DNA of 25,238 nucleotides from a virus. Its lineage: Duplodnaviria; Caudoviricetes. The stretch spans positions 1 through 25,238 of the IMG/VR virus record IMGVR_UViG_3300030207_003320; one strand, 5' to 3'. The notes beneath the pieces are model-generated. The model was not told the DNA's origin. It ran no database searches and saw only the letters and a list, made by a program, of their open reading frames with translations. Numbering within the stretch: the stretch's first letter is position 1; each line of letters begins with the position of its first letter. A program made the position numbers and the translations under genes. Positions 6,888-15,665 of the stretch are shown here, piece by piece.

Positions 6888-7313
6888 TTATGCAAAACCC
6901 AAAGATCTGTACATGTCCTGAACGAGCAGCCGAGCTTGCTGAGTCAGGGCATACCTTACCCTGTAATTGTACTTCGTCTCACTGCGAAAGATGTGATCTT
7001 CCAGAGTGTCAGATGGAGTCAGTCTGTCAAAGTGCTTGTACAGATAGCCCACTTTAAGTAGCGGCTGTATTATCCTTTCTCTGAGTTTCTTTTCGCTCAT
7101 ACCATAATCTTCTGATGCATGCTTAGCTGTAAAGAACTCTAGGTCGTACGCCCAAAGCATAAACATAAGCTCCTTTTGAAACACATCATATCTATCCTGC
7201 GTTGAAAGAAGAGCCTTTCTTAAATTCTTAAGTTGGTTTCTTTTTACGTATTTTTGATTAAGCTTCGAACTTTCTCTAAAGAGTTTTTTCTTAGCAACTC
7301 TACTCTTAGGCAT
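6888..7313 (-). CDS. Putative winged-helix DNA-binding protein
   Basis: Basic 141-aa ORF; FMLWAY, IIQPLLKVGYL and RYALTQQARLLV resemble a MarR-like wing; has its own promoter box. Confidence 0.6.
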   Translation of the reverse strand: MPKSRVAKKKLFRESSKLNQKYVKRNQLKNLRKALLSTQDRYDVFQKELMFMLWAYDLEFFTAKHASEDYGMSEKKLRERIIQPLLKVGYLYKHFDRLTPSDTLEDHIFRSETKYNYRVRYALTQQARLLVQDMYRSLGFA

Positions 7314-7332
7314 AATATTAAATTAATATCAT

Positions 7333-7340
7333 CAAAGATA
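7333..7340 (-). promoter_or_regulatory. -7 promoter element TATCTTTG for the antisense wHTH gene
   Basis: Plus-strand CAAAGATA, 19 nt upstream of ATG 7313, overlapping the A of ATG 7340. Confidence 0.55.
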
Positions 7341-7648
7341 TGGAAGACGAAGGATTCTTACTAGAAATACAGAGACTATCTTTTGAGATGGATAAAGTTA
7401 TAGAGAAGTATGGGGTAAGGGACAGAGTTATGCAGCTTATGGTAATAGGATTAATGGATGAAGATATTATGGGAAATACTAGACTAAAGGCTATTTATAG
7501 TTACAACATAGAGTCTGATGATGAATTAGCAAGTGTTATTACCTTTGTAGGGTCTACTTGGGACAATAATGAAAATAAATATAGTGAAGATGACGAGCCA
7601 GATCTAGATGATTTACTAGACGGGTTGGGCATAGACTTAGAAGATTAA
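7340..7648 (+). CDS. Acidic hypothetical protein
   Basis: 102-aa ORF with an acidic C-terminus, in operon order. Confidence 0.75.
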   Translation: MEDEGFLLEIQRLSFEMDKVIEKYGVRDRVMQLMVIGLMDEDIMGNTRLKAIYSYNIESDDELASVITFVGSTWDNNENKYSEDDEPDLDDLLDGLGIDLED

Positions 7649-7652
7649 TATA

Positions 7653-7889
7653 ATGGAAGGACTTATTAGAAAAATTATTATCGGGAAAGACCCGAAGGAT
7701 GCAATGGCTTATTACGTGGGCATGAGAGCAGGTGGCGGCAAAGTATCAACTATAATGTTAGATGAAAGACATCTTGCGCACTGGAATAAAAAAAGATATC
7801 TTGTGTATATTAGCATCGATGATTCACAAACTCTATGGAAAGCTATCGACGATATGCCATGCATAGTTGAATTTGACTTAAATTTTTAA
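7653..7889 (+). CDS. Hypothetical phage protein
   Basis: 78-aa ORF (LIRKIIIG.D.K..MAYYVG...LWK...MP..VEFDL), tightly packed. Confidence 0.8.
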   Translation: MEGLIRKIIIGKDPKDAMAYYVGMRAGGGKVSTIMLDERHLAHWNKKRYLVYISIDDSQTLWKAIDDMPCIVEFDLNF

Positions 7890-8144
7890 ATGACTAAGAC
7901 AGATCTATACACATCAGGAGGTGAATTTACTTTACCTAATGGAGATAACTACATAGGGGGATTTCATATTCATGTAAGTCAAGGAGCTATGGTAGGATCT
8001 TTTCATAAAACTGAACAACATGACTTATTGACTCCAGTTAACAGTCAAGTTAGATCTTACGTCTTAAGCGTACAAAATGAATTAAAAAGAAACCCTCTTC
8101 CTAGATCGTCACCATCAGTTAGCGGCGGAGGTGGAGGGTATTAA
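7890..8144 (+). CDS. Hypothetical phage protein
   Basis: 84-aa ORF with an LYTSGGEF...G.NYIG.FH pattern; abuts the upstream stop. Confidence 0.75.
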   Translation: MTKTDLYTSGGEFTLPNGDNYIGGFHIHVSQGAMVGSFHKTEQHDLLTPVNSQVRSYVLSVQNELKRNPLPRSSPSVSGGGGGY

Positions 8145-8154
8145 ATAAAATATA

Positions 8155-8742
8155 ATGAAATCATTACGAAAATTTATCGTTAACATTCCTAAAAAGTTTA
8201 ACGATACTGTAAAGCTCGGCGATGAAGAGATTTACATAGAAACTAAGTTTAACGAGTTTGAGCATAGAGTTATGGAGGGTGAGGTTGTTGCTCTTCCTCT
8301 TAAGTACGAAACACCAGTAAAGGAAGGAGATACTTTGTATTTTCACCACCACGTGGTTTTACAAGGAGGTACTCCTTTACCAGGTATGGAAGACTGTTAT
8401 ATGGTTTTATACAGCCCAGACAATGCAATAGACTCTCAAGCTTTTGCATACAAATGCAAAGATACTGGAGAGGTTAACGCTTTATCTTCGTGGTGTTTGT
8501 TAGAGCCAGTGGAAGAAAACCTTGGGTTAAAGTCTGACATTATTGAAATTGTTGAAACTAAAAAACAAAATCCAACACAAGGTAGGATTGCTTATGCATG
8601 CAGTTCTTGTGAGGAGCTAGGGGTTAAGGTAGGCGATGTTGTTGGCATAGGTAACAGTAGAGACTATCGTATTAAGATAGACGGTAAAGAGTATTATCGT
8701 ACTCGATCAGAAGATTTTTTATATGTCGTCGTCGAAGAATAA
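8155..8742 (+). CDS. GroES/Cpn10-like co-chaperonin with two tandem domains
   Basis: GEVVALP...VKEGDTLYF and GRIAY...GVKVGDVVG...IKIDGKEY...EDFL each match a GroES pattern. Confidence 0.7.
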   Translation: MKSLRKFIVNIPKKFNDTVKLGDEEIYIETKFNEFEHRVMEGEVVALPLKYETPVKEGDTLYFHHHVVLQGGTPLPGMEDCYMVLYSPDNAIDSQAFAYKCKDTGEVNALSSWCLLEPVEENLGLKSDIIEIVETKKQNPTQGRIAYACSSCEELGVKVGDVVGIGNSRDYRIKIDGKEYYRTRSEDFLYVVVEE

Positions 8743-9019
8743 ATTTACTACTATTAATGCTGCTGAAAGACTTATGAGAAGTATGGAGGTAGCAATTAAT
8801 AATATGATTGATGAGGTTAAAAAACCCGTCGATCCAGAAATAAATGGGTCAGCACGTAAAGCTGAACTTCAGTCTATAAAACAAACAGCAACTGATTGTA
8901 AAGAATTAATCATACAAAGGCAAAGGCTTGAACAAATGATTAAAGACTTAAATACAACAGGAGAAATAGAGGGGTCGAAAGACTATACTGGAGGTTTTGC
9001 TGAAAGATTCTCAAAATGA
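8723..9019 (+). CDS. Putative terminase small subunit
   Basis: Helical 98-aa protein just upstream of HNH/TerL; assigned by position only. Confidence 0.4.
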   Translation: MSSSKNKFTTINAAERLMRSMEVAINNMIDEVKKPVDPEINGSARKAELQSIKQTATDCKELIIQRQRLEQMIKDLNTTGEIEGSKDYTGGFAERFSK

Positions 9020-9486
9020 AACGATGTCAAACTTGTCAAAGGGTAAAACCTTTAACTGAGTTTTACTATAGAGCTCATAACAATACATATTTTAAATCTT
9101 GTATACCATGCAGGGCTAAAAACGTAGCTGAGCAAAAGAGAAAGATATACGAGTGGGTAGATAAGTATAAGGAAGAAAAGGGATGTTGCGAGTGTGGAAT
9201 AAAAGATAAAAGATGTCTTCAGCTACATCACAGAGACAGAGATGATAAAAAATCTAGTGTTGCTCAACTTATAGGTAAAGGATATATTTTTAAAACTGTA
9301 AAGGCTGAGGTAGAAAAATGCGACGTTATTTGTGCAAACTGCCACTCAATACACCATTACGACGAAAGAAGATCTGGAGAGTGGGGTGCAGGTAAATATG
9401 CTGAAAGTATAATAGAAGAAGATTGTGTCCCTATAGTAGAGCAGCTTGAATTGTTTTTAAATTTTAGCGAGGAAGACTTTGAATAA
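9016..9486 (+). CDS. HNH endonuclease with Zn-binding motifs
   Basis: N-terminal CxxC...EFY...CxxC; core CCECG...LQLHH...CDVICANCHSIHH. Confidence 0.85.
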   Translation: MKRCQTCQRVKPLTEFYYRAHNNTYFKSCIPCRAKNVAEQKRKIYEWVDKYKEEKGCCECGIKDKRCLQLHHRDRDDKKSSVAQLIGKGYIFKTVKAEVEKCDVICANCHSIHHYDERRSGEWGAGKYAESIIEEDCVPIVEQLELFLNFSEEDFE

Positions 9487-11602
9487 TTTATTAGACATAA
9501 AAGAATATGAAGAACCTGCTGTTAAGATTTGTCCCAACGGTACGGAAGGTGAGCTTATCGAACTCGGTGGGTTACTCATTTGCCTTCCAAAAAGGCCGTC
9601 AAAGAAAAACATTGTCGGATATAAAAAATCAAACGATATGCAGGTGTGGCAAAGGATACCTATGCCCAAGGAATTGTCTCGTATTCGTTCTATGGATGAG
9701 TGGGCGGAAATGCCAAGGGAGTTCAGAGAAAGGTTTCGTCCATATATCGAAGAAGAGTTTAAACGTAGGCGTGAGGGTTTTTGGTTTTATAACAACGGTA
9801 CACCTACATATATTACGGGGAGGCATTACATGATGCTACAGTGGACCAAGCTAGATGTTGGCTATCCGTATTTTCTTAACTTTCAACGTGAAATCTTTAT
9901 ACACATGGCTGCATGCGAAGCTGATCCACGTTGCATTGGTCAGCTTTATACTAAGTGCCGTCGTTCTGGGTATACTAATATATGCTCTTCAGTGCTTGTT
10001 GACGAAGCTACGCAAGTAAAAGACAAGCTTATGGGTATACAGTCGAAGACTGGTAAAGATGCTCAGGAAAATATTTTTATGAAGAAGGTGGTTTACATGT
10101 TTAGAAGCTATCCATTTTTCTTTAAACCTATACAAGACGGTACTACTAATCCACGTATGGAGTTAGCTTTTAGAGAGCCGTCAAAGCGTATCACTAAAAA
10201 CAATAAAATATCCCAAGTAGGTGAAGCGCTAAACACAGTTATTAATTGGAAGAACACAACTAACAACGCATACGACGGTGAGAAGCTACACATGTTGTAT
10301 TTAGACGAAGCAGGAAAATGGGAAAAACCAACAGACATAAGAGACGCTTGGAGGATTCAGAGGACTTGTTTGATCGTAGGGCGAAAAATAATAGGAAAGG
10401 CTCTAATCGGAAGCACCGTAAATCCAATGGACAAAGGTGGAAAAGAATACAAGGATCTATGGAAGGATTCGAATCCCTCGGAGAGGAATGCGAATGGGAG
10501 GACTAGGACTGGGCTATATAGATTATTTATACCAGCTCAAGAATCATTAGAGGGTTTTTTTGATAAGTACGGGATGCCAGTAGTTGACACTCCAGAATCT
10601 GAAGTCAAAGGACTTGACGGAGAGTCCATTACTATGGGGGCTAAAGAGTATTTAAAGAACGAAAGAGACAGCCTCAAGCATGATGCTTCTGAATTAAATG
10701 AAGTAGTAAGACAGTTTCCGTTTACTACTGATGAAGCTTTTAGGGATAGTATAGAAGGAAGTTTATTTAATATAGGTAAGATATACGAGCAAATACAATT
10801 TAATGATGATTTATTTCCTAACCCTGTAGTAGTTGGTAACTTTACCTGGAAAGGTGGTGAAAAAGACACAGAGGTAGTCTTTGCTCCAGATCCTAATGGT
10901 AGATTTAGAGTTGCTTGGATACCTCCAGTAGAACTAAGAAACCAAAGGCTGTTAAATAGAGGAAAAAAAATTGCGCCAAATGCAGAGCTGGGAGTAGGCG
11001 GGGTTGACTCTTATGACCTTGATGCCACCGTCGATGGACGGGGGTCTAAGGGTGCGCTACACTTATACAATAAGTTTCATATGGAGCATCCATCAAACAC
11101 GTTTGTACTTGAGTATGCATCCCGCCCGCCTCTAGCAAAAATCTTTTATGAAGATGTTCTTATGGCTGCTGTATTTTATGGGTACCCTATATTAATTGAA
11201 AACAATAAGTATGGTATTGCAAGACACTTTGAATCAAGGGGTTATGACGGATATTTAATGGATAGACCTAGGCATTTACTTGCAGCAAACTCCTCTACAA
11301 TAAAATCAAAAACAAAAGGCATACCTTCTAACTCTCAAGATGTTATTCAATCTCATGCTCATGCTATTGAGTCTTATATACATGATCATGTTGGTATTAA
11401 TTATGACACTGGCGAGATGGGAAAGATGTATTTTAACAGAACTTTAGAAGATTGGATTGGATATCAAATAACAAATAGAACAAAGTTTGACTTAACTATT
11501 AGCTCTGGCTTATGTTTACTTGCTGCGCAAAAGGTAAAGCCTAAACCTAAAAAATCAGATCTTTCTGATAGGGTCTTTCTTAGAAGGTTCAAGGCTTACT
11601 AA
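9479..11602 (+). CDS. terL: Terminase large subunit
   Basis: Walker A-like KCRRSGYT, Walker B LYLDEAGKW, GSTVN coupling motif, nuclease GGVDSYD and LIENN. The TTG start is uncertain. Confidence 0.92.
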   Translation: MNNLLDIKEYEEPAVKICPNGTEGELIELGGLLICLPKRPSKKNIVGYKKSNDMQVWQRIPMPKELSRIRSMDEWAEMPREFRERFRPYIEEEFKRRREGFWFYNNGTPTYITGRHYMMLQWTKLDVGYPYFLNFQREIFIHMAACEADPRCIGQLYTKCRRSGYTNICSSVLVDEATQVKDKLMGIQSKTGKDAQENIFMKKVVYMFRSYPFFFKPIQDGTTNPRMELAFREPSKRITKNNKISQVGEALNTVINWKNTTNNAYDGEKLHMLYLDEAGKWEKPTDIRDAWRIQRTCLIVGRKIIGKALIGSTVNPMDKGGKEYKDLWKDSNPSERNANGRTRTGLYRLFIPAQESLEGFFDKYGMPVVDTPESEVKGLDGESITMGAKEYLKNERDSLKHDASELNEVVRQFPFTTDEAFRDSIEGSLFNIGKIYEQIQFNDDLFPNPVVVGNFTWKGGEKDTEVVFAPDPNGRFRVAWIPPVELRNQRLLNRGKKIAPNAELGVGGVDSYDLDATVDGRGSKGALHLYNKFHMEHPSNTFVLEYASRPPLAKIFYEDVLMAAVFYGYPILIENNKYGIARHFESRGYDGYLMDRPRHLLAANSSTIKSKTKGIPSNSQDVIQSHAHAIESYIHDHVGINYDTGEMGKMYFNRTLEDWIGYQITNRTKFDLTISSGLCLLAAQKVKPKPKKSDLSDRVFLRRFKAY

Positions 11603-11620
11603 TGATAATCATACGTTTAG

Positions 11621-11628
11621 TATATTTG
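11621..11628 (+). promoter_or_regulatory. -7 promoter element TATATTTG
   Basis: In the terL-portal gap, 25 nt before ATG 11654. Confidence 0.65.
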
Positions 11629-11653
11629 CAAATAATGCGCTTATTAAAAATAC

Positions 11654-14107
11654 ATGTACAGTAGTAATAAAAAGGGTAATTCACCTAAAGGTTTTCCAAA
11701 TCCGTTAGCGCCAGCAGAAGAAAAGTCTATGCAGGAGTACGGTCTTCAATATGCAAAAGCTATTGAAAACCAATGGGGGAGTGGAGCGGATTCACGTTCT
11801 ATATACAGGACTAAAAAAGATACATTTACTAGAAGTAGAAAGTACGCAAACGGTACTCAAGATACAACTCCATATAAAAAACTTTTAACTTCTCTCGACC
11901 CAAATGGTAATTCTGGAACACTTTTAAATCTTGACTACACTCCTGTACCTATCTTACCTAAGTTTGCTAAAATTGTTGTAAACAACATTCTTTCAAGAAA
12001 CCCTCAACCCAATGTTGAGGCTATTGATCCATTATCATCTTCTGAAAAAGACGCAGAAAAGAAAAAGGTTGAAGCTTCTGTTTTAGCTAAGAAGGAGTTA
12101 ATGAAACTCAAGCAGAATGGATTAGAAATAAATGGAGATCCAAACGAAATACCAGAAACTTTAGAAGAGGCTGAAATCTTCATGGGTACAAGTATAAAGA
12201 CTGATGCAGAGATAGCTGCTCAGATAGGCACTATGATGACTCTTGAGTGGAACGACTTTAATGACGATATACTTAGAAGGTGCGTTAATGATCTTGTGAC
12301 TTGCGGTATGGCAGTTGTTAAAAGAAACAACGATCCTAACTATGGTATTTCTACTAATTATGTAGACCCTGTGATGTTTATTCACAGTCAGACAGAAGAT
12401 CCTGGAATGAACGATCTTGTGTATGCGGGCCATATTAAAAAGATTACAATAGCTGAGCTAAAAAGATTAGCTGGAGATCAGCTTACAGAAAAGCAATATG
12501 AAAAAATTGCACATAACGCAGCTGGTAGAGACGGTAATAATTCATCTTCGTTAAACTACACTTTTTACGATAACATAAAAGGTAAAACCACTTATGGTTA
12601 TGACGACTATATGGTTGACGTATTAGACTTTGAGTTCCTTGCTGTTGACTGTATTCACTTTGAAGAAAAAGAAAGTAAGCACGGTAATTCTGGTTTCTAC
12701 TATAAAGGTTATTCCTATAAAGAAAAGCATGGATCTGTTTATGACAGGACTGCTCATCAGATGAATGTAGAAACTGTATATGGTGGTAGTTACGTTTTAG
12801 GGTGTGATTATTTATTTGACTATGGTAGAAAAAAGAACATTCCTAAAAATGTTCATGATATTTCTAGAGCTAAGATGTCTTATTCTTGTGTTGCAGTAAA
12901 CATGCAAGAAATGTGTCCTAAGTCATTAGTTGATAGCTGTATAGGGTTTGCTGATATGCTTCAAATAACACATCTTAAAATTCAACAGTCTATTGCAAAA
13001 GCTAAACCTGACGGTCTTATTATTGATATTGAAGGTTTAGAAAACGTGCAGCTAGGTAAAGGCGGTGAACTACAACCGCTAGACCTGCACGATATATACG
13101 AACAGACTGGGGTGTTTTACTACAGAAGTAAAAATCCAGAAGGAGGATTCCAAAACCCTCCAGTTCGTGAGATAGGCAACAGTATCAGAAACATCAACGA
13201 GCTTATAGGATTGTACAACCATTACTTACGTTTAATCAGAGACGCTACAGGTATTAATGAAGTTATGGATGCTTCAACGCCTAAATCAGATTCTTTAGTT
13301 GGAGTTAGAGAACAAGCCATGCAAGCTAGCAATAACGCTATTTATAACATTACTAATGCTTCTATGGTTTTATACAAGAAGGTTTGCTCAGACGTTGTTA
13401 AGTGTTTGCAAATATTACCTGAGGAGTCTGTCGTATATAGGGTTTATGCTAACGCTATAGGTGAAAACAATATGAGCGTTTTATCTTCTTTTAATGATTT
13501 GTCGATGTACAATTTTGGCGTTAAGGTTGTAAAAGATATGGAGGCTCAAGACAAGCAATCGCTAGAGCAAATGATACAAGTTTCTTTAGGTCAGCAGGAA
13601 ATAGATCTAGAAGATGTATTAGCCATACGAGATCTTAAAGATGTTAATCAGGCTCAAAGGCTTTTGATGGTTAGAAGAAAAAAGAGGCAAGCGACCAAAC
13701 AACAGCAGCAGATGGCTATGCAACAACAGCAGCAACAAATGGCCATGCAAGCTGAGCAGATGAAGCAGCAAATGGAAGCTCAAAAAATGCAAGCTGAAGC
13801 TCAGATTGAAATGCAAAAGATTCAAGCTAAAGCTCAAGCAGAAATAGAGGTAAGTAAAATAGCCCACGAGCAACGTAAAGAGATAGAGATAATTAGAGCT
13901 CAGGCTACGTTAGGATTTAAAACTGACGATCAGGAGTTTAAAGAAAAGCTTGAGGTTCTTAAAGAAGATAGAAAAGATGAGCGTGTTACGAAGCAAGCCG
14001 TTCAGCAGTCAAAGTTAATATCTCAAAGAAGAGATAGGAGGGGTGAGCTGCAGGACCAACCAGAAGATCCTTTAGAACAAACTATAACACAATTATTATC
14101 AGAGTAA
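11654..14107 (+). CDS. Portal protein
   Basis: 817 aa directly after TerL; PILPKF, TGINE..D motifs; Gln-rich coiled-coil C-terminus like podoviral portal barrels. Confidence 0.85.
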   Translation: MYSSNKKGNSPKGFPNPLAPAEEKSMQEYGLQYAKAIENQWGSGADSRSIYRTKKDTFTRSRKYANGTQDTTPYKKLLTSLDPNGNSGTLLNLDYTPVPILPKFAKIVVNNILSRNPQPNVEAIDPLSSSEKDAEKKKVEASVLAKKELMKLKQNGLEINGDPNEIPETLEEAEIFMGTSIKTDAEIAAQIGTMMTLEWNDFNDDILRRCVNDLVTCGMAVVKRNNDPNYGISTNYVDPVMFIHSQTEDPGMNDLVYAGHIKKITIAELKRLAGDQLTEKQYEKIAHNAAGRDGNNSSSLNYTFYDNIKGKTTYGYDDYMVDVLDFEFLAVDCIHFEEKESKHGNSGFYYKGYSYKEKHGSVYDRTAHQMNVETVYGGSYVLGCDYLFDYGRKKNIPKNVHDISRAKMSYSCVAVNMQEMCPKSLVDSCIGFADMLQITHLKIQQSIAKAKPDGLIIDIEGLENVQLGKGGELQPLDLHDIYEQTGVFYYRSKNPEGGFQNPPVREIGNSIRNINELIGLYNHYLRLIRDATGINEVMDASTPKSDSLVGVREQAMQASNNAIYNITNASMVLYKKVCSDVVKCLQILPEESVVYRVYANAIGENNMSVLSSFNDLSMYNFGVKVVKDMEAQDKQSLEQMIQVSLGQQEIDLEDVLAIRDLKDVNQAQRLLMVRRKKRQATKQQQQMAMQQQQQQMAMQAEQMKQQMEAQKMQAEAQIEMQKIQAKAQAEIEVSKIAHEQRKEIEIIRAQATLGFKTDDQEFKEKLEVLKEDRKDERVTKQAVQQSKLISQRRDRRGELQDQPEDPLEQTITQLLSE

Positions 14108-14108
14108 A

Positions 14109-14510
14109 ATGGCAACTACATTAAATTTAGATATAGCTCAAGAGCTTGACATTACTGTTCGTAAGGGCGATAATTTTTCTTTTACTGTTACTGTTAAAGA
14201 TTCAAATGGAGATGCTGTTGATATCGGCCCTGGTAATTATACATTTAATATAGATGTTAGAACATCTACTGATAGATCCAGTAGAGATAATGTTGTTTTA
14301 AGTTCGGCTGGAATACCAGGAGGTCTTACAGCAACTGGAGCTGCTGATGGTACTTTAACTATTGAAGGAGGTGTTATAGCTATGGATAATATACAAGAGG
14401 GGAGCTATGTGTATGACATACAGTCTTTTAAATCAGCTACATCTTTTTATCAAACTTGGTTCTTTGGTCAGTTCACTGTTAATGCTGATATCACAGATTA
14501 CGATGCATAA
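14109..14510 (+). CDS. Structural adaptor-type protein (BppU N-terminal-like Ig fold)
   Basis: DITVRKGDNFSFTVT.KD..G, YVYDIQ and GQFTVNADIT motifs. Confidence 0.6.
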   Translation: MATTLNLDIAQELDITVRKGDNFSFTVTVKDSNGDAVDIGPGNYTFNIDVRTSTDRSSRDNVVLSSAGIPGGLTATGAADGTLTIEGGVIAMDNIQEGSYVYDIQSFKSATSFYQTWFFGQFTVNADITDYDA

Positions 14511-15646
14511 TGGCTATAAATTTTACAACACCTAAAAGGAAAAATGTAGATTTATCATTTAGCTCCAGTACTGATATTTTAGCAACCCTTACCTCTTCGC
14601 TAGAAAGAGGCGTTACCAAACTTGAGGTAAACAAACCTCAAGGACTTAGTTTGTCTTCACCTAATAATGCTGTTGATTTAGAAACTCTACTTGCAGATGC
14701 AGAGGTAGCTTTCCAAGCTGATGGGCAAGGGTTTACTAATGGAGCTGATGTTACAGAGTGGACTAACAATGGAACTCTGGGTACAAGTTATAATGTCAAA
14801 AACACAATTGGTGAACGGCATCCAACTTTTGACACCGATGATGCTGACAATCCGTTTTCAACAACGGGTGCTATCTTATTTAAAGACTCTAATGTCTCTA
14901 CTGGTTCTCAATTTTTATCTTTTCGTGGTACGCAATTTGGTGTTTCTGCTGAACTTGGTCCTAGCCCAGGTGCTAATCAAGCGGCATATGATCAAACCTA
15001 TGGTTCTAATTATGAATCTGGTAATGGACCCTTTGCTATATATCAAGTCTTTGCATATGAAACAGGCTTTAACGCATCGGTTCCTCCTGCTCTTACATCT
15101 AACCTTACATCTATTTTAACGCCAGACTCTGCAGCCGCTGGTGCCTGGGAGACAGGGTTTGCTGACAATAGCTTTCAACCTAATATGTATAGACCTGCTA
15201 TAGAGTTTGAAGATAATGATCTTAAGATTTATGATAGAGACTCTAGCAACAACCTTACTTTTCAACTTGATTATCAAGAGTCAGACCTTTCTCAAACAGC
15301 TGCAGCTGGTCAACCTTTTGTGCATGTTATATATAGAGACTCTATTGGTGAGATTTATGTATTCAATCAAAACGGAGAGCAAATAGGTCATGAGCCTGTA
15401 GACTTAATTGAAAATGTCATTGGATTTGGTTTTGGATCTAGTGGTTTTGATAACCAGGCTGGGTTTAAGTTTCAATTTGGAGCTTTTGGTAGAATAGGAA
15501 ATTTAACTTCGCTTACATATTCATTTTCTAAGCCAGCGGCAGATGTAGGATCTTATATAGCAGCGTTTGGAGTTATAAATAAAGACATAACTAAAATAAA
15601 AGCTCAGAACTTAGGTAGACTTTTAGGTGAAAAATATGTTCCATAA
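14510..15646 (+). CDS. Putative virion fibre/lectin-like structural protein
   Basis: 378 aa, Ser/Thr/Gly/Asn-rich; GADVTEWTNNG...PTF pattern seen in phage lectin-like domains. Confidence 0.55.
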   Translation: MAINFTTPKRKNVDLSFSSSTDILATLTSSLERGVTKLEVNKPQGLSLSSPNNAVDLETLLADAEVAFQADGQGFTNGADVTEWTNNGTLGTSYNVKNTIGERHPTFDTDDADNPFSTTGAILFKDSNVSTGSQFLSFRGTQFGVSAELGPSPGANQAAYDQTYGSNYESGNGPFAIYQVFAYETGFNASVPPALTSNLTSILTPDSAAAGAWETGFADNSFQPNMYRPAIEFEDNDLKIYDRDSSNNLTFQLDYQESDLSQTAAAGQPFVHVIYRDSIGEIYVFNQNGEQIGHEPVDLIENVIGFGFGSSGFDNQAGFKFQFGAFGRIGNLTSLTYSFSKPAADVGSYIAAFGVINKDITKIKAQNLGRLLGEKYVP

Positions 15647-15653
15647 CAATTAA

Positions 15654-15661
15654 TATCTTTG
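15654..15661 (+). promoter_or_regulatory. -7 promoter element TATCTTTG (possibly leaderless transcript)
   Basis: Ends 4 nt before ATG 15666. Confidence 0.55.
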
Positions 15662-15665
15662 CCGT

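Noticed and set aside
6854-7057. Cys-rich 67-aa ORF resembling a metallothionein
   Set aside because: GTG start, lies almost entirely antisense to the wHTH gene; the Cys richness is plausibly a reverse-frame artefact. Not fully excluded.
9479-11602. Intein or intron in terL
   Set aside because: Continuous ORF with normally ordered ATPase and nuclease motifs; no intein signature seen.
13690-13830. CAG/CAA-rich repeat
   Set aside because: Encodes the Gln-rich coiled-coil tail common in portal proteins; not a separate element.
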